Virus record (IMG/VR): IMGVR_UViG_3300042558_003131
Coordinates: 1-35,967 of that record
Strand: one strand, 5' to 3'
DNA from: a virus
Lineage: Duplodnaviria > Caudoviricetes
DNA: 35,967 nt
The position numbers and the translations under genes are program-made. Under the pieces are notes generated by a model. The model saw nothing but the letters and a program-made list of their open reading frames with translations, did no database searches and was not told the DNA's origin. Positions 1 to 9,303 of the stretch are shown piece after piece (position 1 is the first letter of the stretch; every line of letters begins with the position of its first letter).

Positions 1-1833
1 TGGAGCTATTGATGTGTATATTGCACCCGGTGTTTCCACGTAAAGATCCCAGTACTGATCTACAATATCATTAGTAGTAAAGTGTCCTATTAGTCTGTAA
101 TCTGAATCGTGCTTTGCATAGGATGTTTGGTTAGGAAAAGCAGCATCTGTTAAGTATTCGACTGGTGTTACAACGTGATCGTAAATTAACTTATACTCTC
201 CGGTTGCTATACCTCTTTTATAGTATGTTTTGATTCTATACACCTCACCACTTATTGGTTTAAGATCTGAAAAGGTTGTCTCTAGGTAAGATTGACTAAC
301 AGTTGAGCTTGTAACAAAAGCACCATCACTTGGTAGGTAGGACAAACTAGCCGTAAAGTTGGTTGCTTTTTTATAATTAAAAGTAGTTGTGTAGTTTTTG
401 CTCTTTTGATTTGCATCTAACATTACTACCGATAAAGGCTTGCTTAACACCATTTGAGTACTACTTATCACCTCAACAACATTAGCTTCAAACGATGCTA
501 ACTGCTCAGAAACACTTCCGTATACGGATGCGCTTAATGGTAGTGCTGGGTATAGATTTTTAGGTGATGACTCTGAACTAAAAAAGTTAAATGTAGCTCC
601 TAAGAAATCTTTTTTGATTGATCCAACAGCAGAAGTAACTACTGTTCCAAATCGTGATGACTGTTCCTTAAGATATCCATTTTGGATATCAGGTATAGTC
701 TTTCTTAAAGAAGAATTTATAGTATTAGTTGTTGATGGTTTTTGATTTGGATTAGCTAATATTGACTGCAAGCGAGGATCTAATATTTCAGTACTAGTTG
801 AGAAATCTCGATCGTATCCTTGAAAGTTTGAAGTCTGTATTGTATAGTCATTTATACTTGAAGTGTAAACCAAATAAGAAGTTCCTGCAGATCCTGAGGA
901 TTCACCCAGAAGAGCTCTCTCTGGTGTAATAACTTGTACTATACCAACGGATGGTGGCTTATCAAAGTATAAGTCAGCGTTGTTTCTTTCAAACGGTAAC
1001 AACATGATATTGCCTGACCATCTTACATTGTACAATGGTCTCTGGGAGTCAAGTGGTTTTGGTAGTGGTGTTGGCTCTAAGTCATTAATTTCCTGCTGCT
1101 GACGTTCAACCCTATTCGCTGCCTCTTGTACTTGTATTAATAGTCGGTCAACTACTATTTGCTCTTCTGCAGCCTTGTCTGCTGTAGTTGATAGTCTGAG
1201 GTTGTTATTAGCTCTCTGATTTACTAAAAGCTGTATTTGTGCTCTAACCTCTGCTATTGTATCGCTGCTTTGTCCTGATGCTATTAGTTGGTCAAGTAGT
1301 TGTTGTTGGTTTATTATGTTGGCACTACTCCTATCTATAATAAATCTTAGAGAGTTTAGGTCTGTGGTTGTATTAATTAGGTTATTATTAGCAGTGTTGT
1401 ATTGGTCTTGCAATACTCTAAGTTCGTTAACTAGAATTTGCAACTCACTTTCTAGCCTGCTTATCTGTCTTTCAAAGGCTGGAATGTCATATAATGCCTC
1501 TCCAACTAGGTACACCGTAGCTGGTCCTTGTGCTGTTATGTCGTACACTTCAAATGTAATGTAGTAGTTATTGAATCGATCAATATAGTTGGTCATTTCG
1601 ACAAATATGTTGTCTCCATTAGCATCAATGATCTCTACATCAATAGCTGAGTTGAGTCTGAGATTGTCTCCGTTACCCTTTATTACAATAACACTCTTAC
1701 CACCTCCAACGACAGAAGGGAATTGTTGTATACTAAAATAAAACGGAGAGGATGCACTAGTATCTTCAATAAGATATCTATTAGTGTTGTAACCTCTCGG
1801 TTGTGGTTTTTTATAAAAAGATGATAAGGTCAT
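1..1833 (-). CDS. Partial CDS (runs off the left edge), putative virion structural protein with an internal coiled-coil segment
   Basis: Not in the ORF track. ATG at 1833 reads MTLSSFYKKPQPRGYNTNRYLIEDTSASSPFYFSI...; frame spot-checked open at 900-841 (SSGSAGTSYLVYTSSINDYT) and at the window edge (...PGAIYTSIAP). Preceded by the TATTTATA motif. Structural role is inferred. Confidence 0.85.
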   Translation of the reverse strand, partial: MTLSSFYKKPQPRGYNTNRYLIEDTSASSPFYFSIQQFPSVVGGGKSVIVIKGNGDNLRLNSAIDVEIIDANGDNIFVEMTNYIDRFNNYYITFEVYDITAQGPATVYLVGEALYDIPAFERQISRLESELQILVNELRVLQDQYNTANNNLINTTTDLNSLRFIIDRSSANIINQQQLLDQLIASGQSSDTIAEVRAQIQLLVNQRANNNLRLSTTADKAAEEQIVVDRLLIQVQEAANRVERQQQEINDLEPTPLPKPLDSQRPLYNVRWSGNIMLLPFERNNADLYFDKPPSVGIVQVITPERALLGESSGSAGTSYLVYTSSINDYTIQTSNFQGYDRDFSTSTEILDPRLQSILANPNQKPSTTNTINSSLRKTIPDIQNGYLKEQSSRFGTVVTSAVGSIKKDFLGATFNFFSSESSPKNLYPALPLSASVYGSVSEQLASFEANVVEVISSTQMVLSKPLSVVMLDANQKSKNYTTTFNYKKATNFTASLSYLPSDGAFVTSSTVSQSYLETTFSDLKPISGEVYRIKTYYKRGIATGEYKLIYDHVVTPVEYLTDAAFPNQTSYAKHDSDYRLIGHFTTNDIVDQYWDLYVETPGAIYTSIAP

Positions 1834-1837
1834 ATAC

Positions 1838-1846
1838 TATAAATAT
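1838..1846 (-). promoter_or_regulatory. Putative late promoter ATATTTATA
   Basis: Minus strand ATATTTATA-GTAT-ATG; recurring intergenic motif, 4 nt before the start at 1833. Confidence 0.7.
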
Positions 1847-1849
1847 GGC

Positions 1850-4800
1850 CTAGCAAGATATGTAGCTATGATCGTCCTTTTTATCTATCGTTAAGATTGT
1901 ATCAACCATATCTCTCACAACATCTATGTGTGAAATTACTAAACTGAATCTGAATACATCTTTCATGTGAGTAAACAGAGTGTGCATTGAGTTTAGGTTA
2001 GTACTATCTAAAACTCCTAGTCCTTCGTCGATTGCCATAAAATCTGGTTTTGGTAAGTTGGTAATCTTGATTAGTGCTATTCGTATTGCAATGGAGGCCA
2101 TAAACCTTTCCATCCCTGAACTTAATTCCAGAGGCCATTTATCGTCATCATAACAAATAAACGCGTTTATATTTTTCCCATCTGTTTCTAGTGCAACTGT
2201 AAAGTCAATAATTTGGTTGAGAATATTATTTGTATGTTGTTGAATATATGGAACCGCTTTACTGATCAAGGTATATGGAATACCATCCTTGTACATTGCT
2301 TTTGAATATAACTCGTAAGCAACTTGCTCTTCTACTAATTGTTGCATGTGATCAATTGTCTTCAAGCATTCGCTAATCGTTTGCTCAGCAACTTGTATCC
2401 TAGCGTGATAGTCCTTTACTGTGTTGTTTAGCTTGGAAACAGCTATAGATTGTATATTCTTTTCTTTATTAATCTGACTGATCTCATCATTGATACGCTT
2501 GTTGTTATCGAGTATTGTAGTGTTCTCGTCATATACTTTGATGTCTGCTTTGATATCTTTAATCTGCGTCTTAAGCTTATCACAAGAGGCTCTTGCTCGT
2601 TCCAACCCAACACTTGCTGTAGTACGTTGTAAATCTAGTTGAGCTCTATCTTCCAACAATCTACTCAGCTCATCAGCCTGCTGCTGTATAAATGAGTTTT
2701 GTTCGATAAAATCCACACACTCTTGACGCTTTTGCAAAAACTGACCTACTGTCTGTCTGTCCTCCTCTAACTCTTTTTTAGTTTGCATTGCATCTTGTAC
2801 AAACACATTAGAGGTACAAAAGGAGCAATTAGGATCATACTCGTGTTTGTTGAGTTTAGCGAGCTTTTCGAGCTTATTCTTAGTAGTTAACTTTAGCGCA
2901 TCTAACTCCTTGTCTAGCATAACCTTGGACCCAACTTCGGATTGGTAATCGTTGTATAGGTTTGTATCAAAGGATTTCTTTTTTTGTTCTATCTCATAGC
3001 ATTTTGCAGAATGATCTCGTTCAAACTCCTTATAGGTTTGCTGCTTCGTCTTACATATACCTTCCCACTCAACTAGTGAATTTTGTGACTCAACTAAGTC
3101 TCCTTCCAAATCCTCTAAATTTAATCCTTCACCCTGGCATGGTTGGATTTCTCTATTTAGCTCTAATAACTTGTTGTTTAGATCCTGCATCCACTCTTGT
3201 GCTGATTCAAGATCTGTAACAGCTGTTTCATGCTTTTTCTCGTAAGACTCCTTTGACCTCTCCGCATCTCCTAGTTTTGTTTCGAAGTCTTGTTTTTGGT
3301 ATTCTTCTAGTAATATAGCTGTTTTTCTGTTGTTCTTGTTTGCTAAATCACAAAGCGAATCAAAAATTGTAACATCTAAAAAGTTAGCTAATAAATCTTT
3401 TCGCTCTCCTTGAGTTTTGTCAATGAAGTTAGAATTGTTTTGTTGGAGTGATAGTGCTGTTAAGATAAAATCATCAAAGGTTCCAACATATGATTGAATG
3501 TTAGTTGATGTATCTCGTCGTTGTTCTCCGTTGAGTGATACACGTTCTCCCTCCGCGTTAATGCACCAGAAGTCTATATCTACACGAAGCTTACCTTTGA
3601 GTGGTCCGCTTCTATACTTCGTAGCTCTTTTCTCAACAAAATAATCTATACCTCCTAATTCAAAGTTGAACTTACAATGAAAGTCATCTTTCTTACGATT
3701 AAGGACTTGATCAGCCTTACTTGCTCTAAATGATTGATCAAATAAACAAAAACACAAAGCATCCAGTACTGCTGATTTTCCTGCATGATTTGGAGCAAAT
3801 ATACCACAAGTACCCTGCTTAGTACTGAAGTCAATTACATTATCCTCTCCATAGCTAAACATATTACTGAACTCAAACTTCTTTGGTTTCCATATTACGT
3901 TACGTGCCATCTCTGGTAGGTTAATTTCCTGATTTAGCTTTTTATTTATCTCAAGAACCTTTGCAATCATGTCGTCGTCAATTCCCTGAGCTAAAAGATA
4001 TTCTGTTAGTAATTGGCTTTGATACTGTACGTTTCTTACATCTCCTTGATTGATACTATCACCCAGCAAGCTAGAGGCAGTTCCGTCTGAATTGCGATCT
4101 AATCTCTGTACAATTACATCTTTTATTCGATACTCTTTTCTAATTGTAGCTAGTACTCTTTTAAGTTGAGCTGGATCTGTATTGGTTGTTCTTACTCTTA
4201 AGTTTGTTTTAGATGTAATAGGTAAATTCTGTGGTACCTCTCCATCAATAACATCTAAAGTATAATATCCATAGTCATTTGGGATATCGTGAAATGTGTA
4301 CTCTATTTGGTCTTTCGTTAAGTCAACTAGAGCGTATCCGTGATCCTCGAACACTTCTCCAAAATTTTGTTGCACTAATGATCCAGGATAGAATATGGCT
4401 GGATCAAGTTTTGATAACACTTGTCGCTTGTGAATATCTCCTAAAGGCACAACGTCAAATCCTGCAAAGACATTCCAATCCAATCCGTGAGACAACATTA
4501 AACCACTATCTACTCGGCTGTTTGCTATTGTACCATGATAAAGCGCTACTAGCTTTTTATACTTTTCTGGATTAGGTATCTTGTCATAGGTAACATACTT
4601 TTCTGGTTCATCTAGTAATGACATCACACTTACCGCTATATCCCCGATTTCATACAATCCTGAGTTGCGTAAGTAAAATAAGTTAGGATGATCTAATCCT
4701 TTAACTATTGGAGTTAATGCATCTAATCTGTGTTTATTATTTAGATTCGCATCATGGTTTCCTGCAATTACAATTGTAGGTAGTCTACTAGCTAAACCAT

Positions 4801-5032
4801 TAAATAAATAAGATACCATCTCTATAAGCTCTGGGCTCATATCAGTCTTGGCATGCACTATATCTCCACCTACTGTGATAATAGAATTAGGTGGTAGCTC
4901 ATCTACCGCCTTAAACACTTTATCAAAAACTTCTTTAAATTCTTTATGTCTTTTCCAATTACGTAAATGGACGTCTGCTATATGGAATATATGGTCAACT
5001 TCCTTTATTGCACACTTTACTTTATTTATCAT
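1850..5032 (-). CDS. Fused Mre11/SbcD nuclease - Rad50/SbcC ATPase (T4 gp47+gp46-like recombination nuclease)
   Basis: N-terminal metallophosphoesterase motifs (HIADVH, GGDIVH, AGNHD, LYHG, LGDIH, YPGS); then FSNMFSYG, Walker A APNHAGKS, Q-loop LQQNN, coiled coil with central CSFC zinc hook, signature SSGMERF, Walker B MAIDEG, H-loop VISH. ATGA overlap with the primase stop. Confidence 0.93.
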   Translation of the reverse strand: MINKVKCAIKEVDHIFHIADVHLRNWKRHKEFKEVFDKVFKAVDELPPNSIITVGGDIVHAKTDMSPELIEMVSYLFNGLASRLPTIVIAGNHDANLNNKHRLDALTPIVKGLDHPNLFYLRNSGLYEIGDIAVSVMSLLDEPEKYVTYDKIPNPEKYKKLVALYHGTIANSRVDSGLMLSHGLDWNVFAGFDVVPLGDIHKRQVLSKLDPAIFYPGSLVQQNFGEVFEDHGYALVDLTKDQIEYTFHDIPNDYGYYTLDVIDGEVPQNLPITSKTNLRVRTTNTDPAQLKRVLATIRKEYRIKDVIVQRLDRNSDGTASSLLGDSINQGDVRNVQYQSQLLTEYLLAQGIDDDMIAKVLEINKKLNQEINLPEMARNVIWKPKKFEFSNMFSYGEDNVIDFSTKQGTCGIFAPNHAGKSAVLDALCFCLFDQSFRASKADQVLNRKKDDFHCKFNFELGGIDYFVEKRATKYRSGPLKGKLRVDIDFWCINAEGERVSLNGEQRRDTSTNIQSYVGTFDDFILTALSLQQNNSNFIDKTQGERKDLLANFLDVTIFDSLCDLANKNNRKTAILLEEYQKQDFETKLGDAERSKESYEKKHETAVTDLESAQEWMQDLNNKLLELNREIQPCQGEGLNLEDLEGDLVESQNSLVEWEGICKTKQQTYKEFERDHSAKCYEIEQKKKSFDTNLYNDYQSEVGSKVMLDKELDALKLTTKNKLEKLAKLNKHEYDPNCSFCTSNVFVQDAMQTKKELEEDRQTVGQFLQKRQECVDFIEQNSFIQQQADELSRLLEDRAQLDLQRTTASVGLERARASCDKLKTQIKDIKADIKVYDENTTILDNNKRINDEISQINKEKNIQSIAVSKLNNTVKDYHARIQVAEQTISECLKTIDHMQQLVEEQVAYELYSKAMYKDGIPYTLISKAVPYIQQHTNNILNQIIDFTVALETDGKNINAFICYDDDKWPLELSSGMERFMASIAIRIALIKITNLPKPDFMAIDEGLGVLDSTNLNSMHTLFTHMKDVFRFSLVISHIDVVRDMVDTILTIDKKDDHSYISC

Positions 5033-5952
5033 AAAAGCATTTTAAATTTTACTAAATCAAAAAAATCTACCTTCTTTGCGTTGGCGATTACTTCAATCAT
5101 TCCTCTATAACCAATCTCACTTGGATCCTTTTCTGGAAGCTTTACTAAGAAAACCTCTATTCCATTATTCAAAAAGTACTCCACCTCCTTAACACTATCA
5201 GCAAAGGCATCAACATCTAATGCAATGTAGATTTTCTTTACCTTCTCTGTTAGTATACGACTTCTTAATGTAGTCATAATTTTCTTACCAAACAACGGAA
5301 TTGCATTTCTTTTTACTGCTATTGCATCAAAGGCTCCCTCAACTAAAATGATAGGCTCTTTCCAGTTGATTTGGTTTTCAAACCCAATAATGTCCTTAGA
5401 TACTGGTGGGTTCTTGTGTGTCACAGCAGAGTGGTAGTAACTCCTACCCACGTAGTAGTTAAGGTTGTTATCCTCGTTATAGCTAGGTATTACGATCATT
5501 CCTGCATATGGTCCTTCTTCGCAGTAACCGACTTGATATCTTAAAATGTCGATCAATGTTAGCTTTCTTTCTGTTATTGCATAGTGTAGTGCGTTTCTAT
5601 AATCAGGTGTGCTTTGTTTAATATATAATGGTTTGTACCCTTCTGGTAGTGATACCAACTCTCTTGAACTGAATTGTGATTTTGAATTGCTCGAAGAGTC
5701 TCCATATAGGTCTTTAGCTTGTTTTACGTACTCATAAGGTGCATTGCTCTTGCGAAGTAGTGATGAAACCGTCTGACCTCTTGCATCACAAACCCAACAA
5801 TGCCACTTCTGTGTGTGTAGATTAACTTGTAGTTTCTTTTTATAATGGTTGCAGAACGGACATTGATAACTCATCTCTCCATTTCTGTGAGGGATGCTCG
5901 ATCCTAGATATCCGTCAAGTAATTTTCTTCCTTGTGCTACACTTACTGTCAT
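5029..5952 (-). CDS. DnaG-type DNA primase (T4 gp61-like)
   Basis: N-terminal zinc-binding CPFC...HCWVC; YYVGRS; TOPRIM motifs ILVEGAFDAIA, PLFGK, IALDVDA, KDPSE. Confidence 0.9.
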   Translation of the reverse strand: MTVSVAQGRKLLDGYLGSSIPHRNGEMSYQCPFCNHYKKKLQVNLHTQKWHCWVCDARGQTVSSLLRKSNAPYEYVKQAKDLYGDSSSNSKSQFSSRELVSLPEGYKPLYIKQSTPDYRNALHYAITERKLTLIDILRYQVGYCEEGPYAGMIVIPSYNEDNNLNYYVGRSYYHSAVTHKNPPVSKDIIGFENQINWKEPIILVEGAFDAIAVKRNAIPLFGKKIMTTLRSRILTEKVKKIYIALDVDAFADSVKEVEYFLNNGIEVFLVKLPEKDPSEIGYRGMIEVIANAKKVDFFDLVKFKMLL

Positions 5953-5958
5953 GCAGTA

Positions 5959-5987
5959 ACTATACGTATTTTTTATCGACTATACAA
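5959..5987 (-). promoter_or_regulatory. Sigma70-like promoter for primase/SbcCD
   Basis: TTGTAT (5987-5982), 17-nt spacer, TATAGT (5964-5959), 6 nt before the primase ATG; the -35 overlaps the end of the endonuclease gene. Confidence 0.65.
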
Positions 5988-6381
5988 ACCACTCAGCTGG
6001 AATGTCTTTATCTGCATAAAGAAACCCATACTTAATGCACCAATCTGCATAAGTGGTTTTTGATCCTTTTCTTATTTTACCCTTAGAGGTTTGAAATACA
6101 AACCGAATATCCAAATGTGGAGCTTGTTGCTTTATTAGCAAATGCTTTTGTCTATCAGCCAATACAAACCGACCTTTTGTTTCTATATAAATTCCATTGG
6201 GTAATCTAAAATCAGGAGTATATGTATGATTTGTAGCTGGTTTTGTATAATTTATTTTGTGCTTTTCATACTCACCATCAACACCTCTAGCCTTAAGTGT
6301 GTTGTCTAAGTCTTCTTCGAGACCGCTTCGGTAGCCAGCCTTAACTGCTGCTTGCCTTTTTGTGTAAACCCTTCTTGCCAT
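5980..6381 (-). CDS. T7 endonuclease I (gp3)-like Holliday junction resolvase
   Basis: Colinear with T7 gp3 motifs: GYRSGLE, PATNHTYTPDFRLPNGIYIETKG (PD-(D/E)XK), DRQKHLLI, LDIRFVF, KGSKTTYADWC, ADKDIPAEW. Confidence 0.95.
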   Translation of the reverse strand: MARRVYTKRQAAVKAGYRSGLEEDLDNTLKARGVDGEYEKHKINYTKPATNHTYTPDFRLPNGIYIETKGRFVLADRQKHLLIKQQAPHLDIRFVFQTSKGKIRKGSKTTYADWCIKYGFLYADKDIPAEWFV

Positions 6382-6384
6382 AAC

Positions 6385-8151
6385 TTATCTATCGAATCTT
6401 ACGATTATAGTTGTATCTGTATTATTTGGTAACTGTATAGGTGCACTTAGCTTTCCAATGGCTACTAGTCTATAGTGATCATCATAAAGACCTACACTAG
6501 TAACAAAAGGTGAGAAATCAGAAGAAGTAGCAAACGAGCTAAATACATATTGATTTTGGTTTGGATCGTAAACTTGTAGGGATGGATTAGTACTTTTTGT
6601 AAATTCACCAGGTCCTATTGTACAAGATATTTCTGTTTCCCAAATTGTATGGGTACCTCTTGTCTCGATTGTATTAAAAGTTGCGTGTCTGGATGGAATT
6701 GAAGTTAAGCCCATTATTCCATGATTATAAAACACGTTACCAACATTCACATTACCAACACCTAAGGTATGATGTAGTATGTCTATCTCTGCTTGACTTA
6801 GTAATTTGTTATATATTTTAATATTATCAATATATCCGTCAAAACCTTCATTTTGTTTGTAAGAGTTGCCTATATAGGTGTTTGCTAAGTTTATACAGTC
6901 ATTATCGTTTAGTGAGCTTGTAGCTGAGTTTTTAGAACTACTTACAGCACTATTAACATAAAGACTTACTATTGATCCAGCTTTGGTGGCCACTACATGG
7001 TACAACGTATCAATATCCAAAGCTACACTACTTGTTACAGAAAACATACCTAGGTGTCCTCCACCCTGCTCAAAAGCAATTTTGCGTGAACCAGATGTGT
7101 AAGTTAATCTGTACGGAAATTGATTATTTACTGGTTGTGAAAATACATTACCATTTATATCTACTTGAAGTTCTTCAGCAGGTCCATGTTTTGATAATAG
7201 CACAGCTCCGGATGCTTGCGTTGGATAAGCCATTGGTTTTAAGAACATACTAACCGAGAATGGCTTACTTTGAAAGTTATATAGATCTTTGTATTCAGAA
7301 ACTAGATCTGTTTTTACAATCAAGCTTGAACTATTGGCTGAAGTAAACTCCATTTGTGCTCCTAACAGTTCAGTTGCTGACGCTGAAGGGAAAGTTGAGC
7401 TAGTTGGGAAAGAAACACTCACATTATTGTATAATGTTTCCATTTGCCAATCACCTTTATTAAAGCTGCTAGTAAAGCTAACTAATCCTATATCTGTGTA
7501 TTTGTATATTGTATCTATTGGCCATTCTCCAACTGGAGTTTTTGAAATAGAGGATGTGTAATTTGTATAGGCACCTCCTACATACTGACCGTAAGGTGAG
7601 TAAAAGCCACTTCCCGAAATTACTAAATTACCATGAAAATCATCTTCAACCACCCAAACTCCACTTGCTGTTGCGACTGACGAGGTACTATACAAACTAC
7701 CACTATTGACTGCATAAGACCAGCTCATATTCATCTGTACGGATCCTGGAAGTATTGCCTCTCCAAACCTAGATTGAGGCATACTTACAATTTGAGCTTG
7801 ATCTTCTAAATATCTCAACTGGGTGTTAATATTACCACTACCAAAAGAAGCTTTATTGTTTGTGTAGAAATCTCTATAATAGAGATGCTCTATTGATCTA
7901 TGTACTACTCTTTGAAATTTATCGTTAGCTGTTTTTAATTCAAATTGTTCAAAATATATACTACCTTGGTCAAAAGAATCGTTTAGTGGATCAACTTGAA
8001 GGTAATTTGCTTGTGGGTTGTAGTTTGCTTGATATATTGTATACACCGACCCACTGAGGTTATTTTGTATAACATCAGCCCAAAGCTTGTACGTTCTAAA
8101 AGGTGTTATGCGTACGTCTGATTTATCTAGACTCTTAAATACTCCTGCCAT
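6385..8151 (-). CDS. Virion/tail protein with LamG (concanavalin-like) domain and C-terminal tail-collar-like motif
   Basis: LamG signatures FSVSMFLK, LYHVVATK...LYVN, YIGN, FDGYIDNIKIYNKLLSQAEI; C-terminus VTSVGLYDDHYRLVAIGKLSAP; paralogous to 8242-9297. Confidence 0.7.
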   Translation of the reverse strand: MAGVFKSLDKSDVRITPFRTYKLWADVIQNNLSGSVYTIYQANYNPQANYLQVDPLNDSFDQGSIYFEQFELKTANDKFQRVVHRSIEHLYYRDFYTNNKASFGSGNINTQLRYLEDQAQIVSMPQSRFGEAILPGSVQMNMSWSYAVNSGSLYSTSSVATASGVWVVEDDFHGNLVISGSGFYSPYGQYVGGAYTNYTSSISKTPVGEWPIDTIYKYTDIGLVSFTSSFNKGDWQMETLYNNVSVSFPTSSTFPSASATELLGAQMEFTSANSSSLIVKTDLVSEYKDLYNFQSKPFSVSMFLKPMAYPTQASGAVLLSKHGPAEELQVDINGNVFSQPVNNQFPYRLTYTSGSRKIAFEQGGGHLGMFSVTSSVALDIDTLYHVVATKAGSIVSLYVNSAVSSSKNSATSSLNDNDCINLANTYIGNSYKQNEGFDGYIDNIKIYNKLLSQAEIDILHHTLGVGNVNVGNVFYNHGIMGLTSIPSRHATFNTIETRGTHTIWETEISCTIGPGEFTKSTNPSLQVYDPNQNQYVFSSFATSSDFSPFVTSVGLYDDHYRLVAIGKLSAPIQLPNNTDTTIIVRFDR

Positions 8152-8155
8152 TACA

Positions 8156-8164
8156 TATAAATAT
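8156..8164 (-). promoter_or_regulatory. Putative late promoter ATATTTATA
   Basis: Minus strand GATATTTATA-TGTA-ATG; 4 nt before the start at 8151, just downstream of a terminator. Confidence 0.7.
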
Positions 8165-8170
8165 CATTGC

Positions 8171-8199
8171 AAAAAGAAACCCTCCAATTGCTGGAGGGT
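8171..8199 (-). terminator. Rho-independent terminator
   Basis: Minus strand ACCCTCCA-GCAAT-TGGAGGGT (8-bp stem) followed by TTCTTTTT, downstream of the gene ending at 8242. Confidence 0.85.
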
Positions 8200-8241
8200 C
8201 GATCTATGGATACTATCCAAAGAGTGGTTTTGGTGTTTAGA

Positions 8242-9297
8242 TTAGTAGTCTAGTTTCACCTTAATAAGTGCCTCACGATTGAAAGACTTCAATAAAGGAC
8301 GACTTAATTTAGCTACAGCAACAAGTCTATTAATTGTGTCGTACATTCCAATTGTTGTAACATAAACGCTTGGATTACGTACCATACTGGCGTGTAAGAA
8401 TTGACCGCTTGATCCAGTTACAAATGTTGGATTGTTAGAGAAGTTGAACTGCTTGTTTGTAATTCTAACAAAGTAGTGAGTAGATGTTACTTTTTCTTCG
8501 CTTCTTGCTTGGAAGTAAGATGAACCAGAAATACGAGCTGACATAGTCACGTGATTTCTTGGTTGGAGTGGAATGTTGTCTAGTGTGTCAGCTGAACGGC
8601 TATCAAATGCTATTCCTAAGTTGGTTTTTAATCTTGCAGCGTTAAAAATAAATACACCTTGATCTGGGTAGAATAGACCAAATTGAGTTGATGAAGCTGT
8701 TACGCCTCCTGAACCGCTAAATATTCCAAATACACGTCCCGCTTCGTTGATTGTTGGAGTTTCTCCTTGACCACTAGCATCAATGAATGTGCTAAATGCT
8801 GTATTGAATGCAACGTTACCAGATCCACTTCCTAAACGCAATTCCCAATTTCCTGGATCTACTTTTTGACGGAAACGAGCACGTGCTACGTTAATTACAA
8901 CAATATCATCTGGAGTATCTGCTCCAAAAGTAAATGCTGTATCCGTTGGAGGAAGTAGCATATTACGGTACTGCGAGTAGATTGCTCTTGATGGAGTATC
9001 GTTTTGGTTTTGTCCAGTCGTATTAGGGTCACCGTAAGATCCGCTACCCTTTCTGTGTCCATAAGCAATTGCAAATTGCACTGCTGCATTTGGATCTGTT
9101 TGTGGGTTGCGGTGATAAACATTCATATAATAATCACCAGATTGTGAAAGTTGAGTTGATGATGTGAAGAAGCCTATACCACTAGCATACGATTGGGAGT
9201 ATGGGTTCATATTCTCAGACCATATTGGTTGTGATATAGTCTGGATGTCGCCTGCTACGATATCGTCTGGTGTAAAGAACTTAAAAATCTCTGCCAT
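8242..9297 (-). CDS. Virion/tail structural protein with C-terminal tail-collar-like motif
   Basis: C-terminus YVTTIGMYDTINRLVAVAKLSRPLLK resembles the IGLYD...LIAV motif of tail-collar/fibre-attachment domains; structural context; paralog of 6385-8151. Confidence 0.6.
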   Translation of the reverse strand: MAEIFKFFTPDDIVAGDIQTISQPIWSENMNPYSQSYASGIGFFTSSTQLSQSGDYYMNVYHRNPQTDPNAAVQFAIAYGHRKGSGSYGDPNTTGQNQNDTPSRAIYSQYRNMLLPPTDTAFTFGADTPDDIVVINVARARFRQKVDPGNWELRLGSGSGNVAFNTAFSTFIDASGQGETPTINEAGRVFGIFSGSGGVTASSTQFGLFYPDQGVFIFNAARLKTNLGIAFDSRSADTLDNIPLQPRNHVTMSARISGSSYFQARSEEKVTSTHYFVRITNKQFNFSNNPTFVTGSSGQFLHASMVRNPSVYVTTIGMYDTINRLVAVAKLSRPLLKSFNREALIKVKLDY

Positions 9298-9303
9298 GGG
9301 TTA

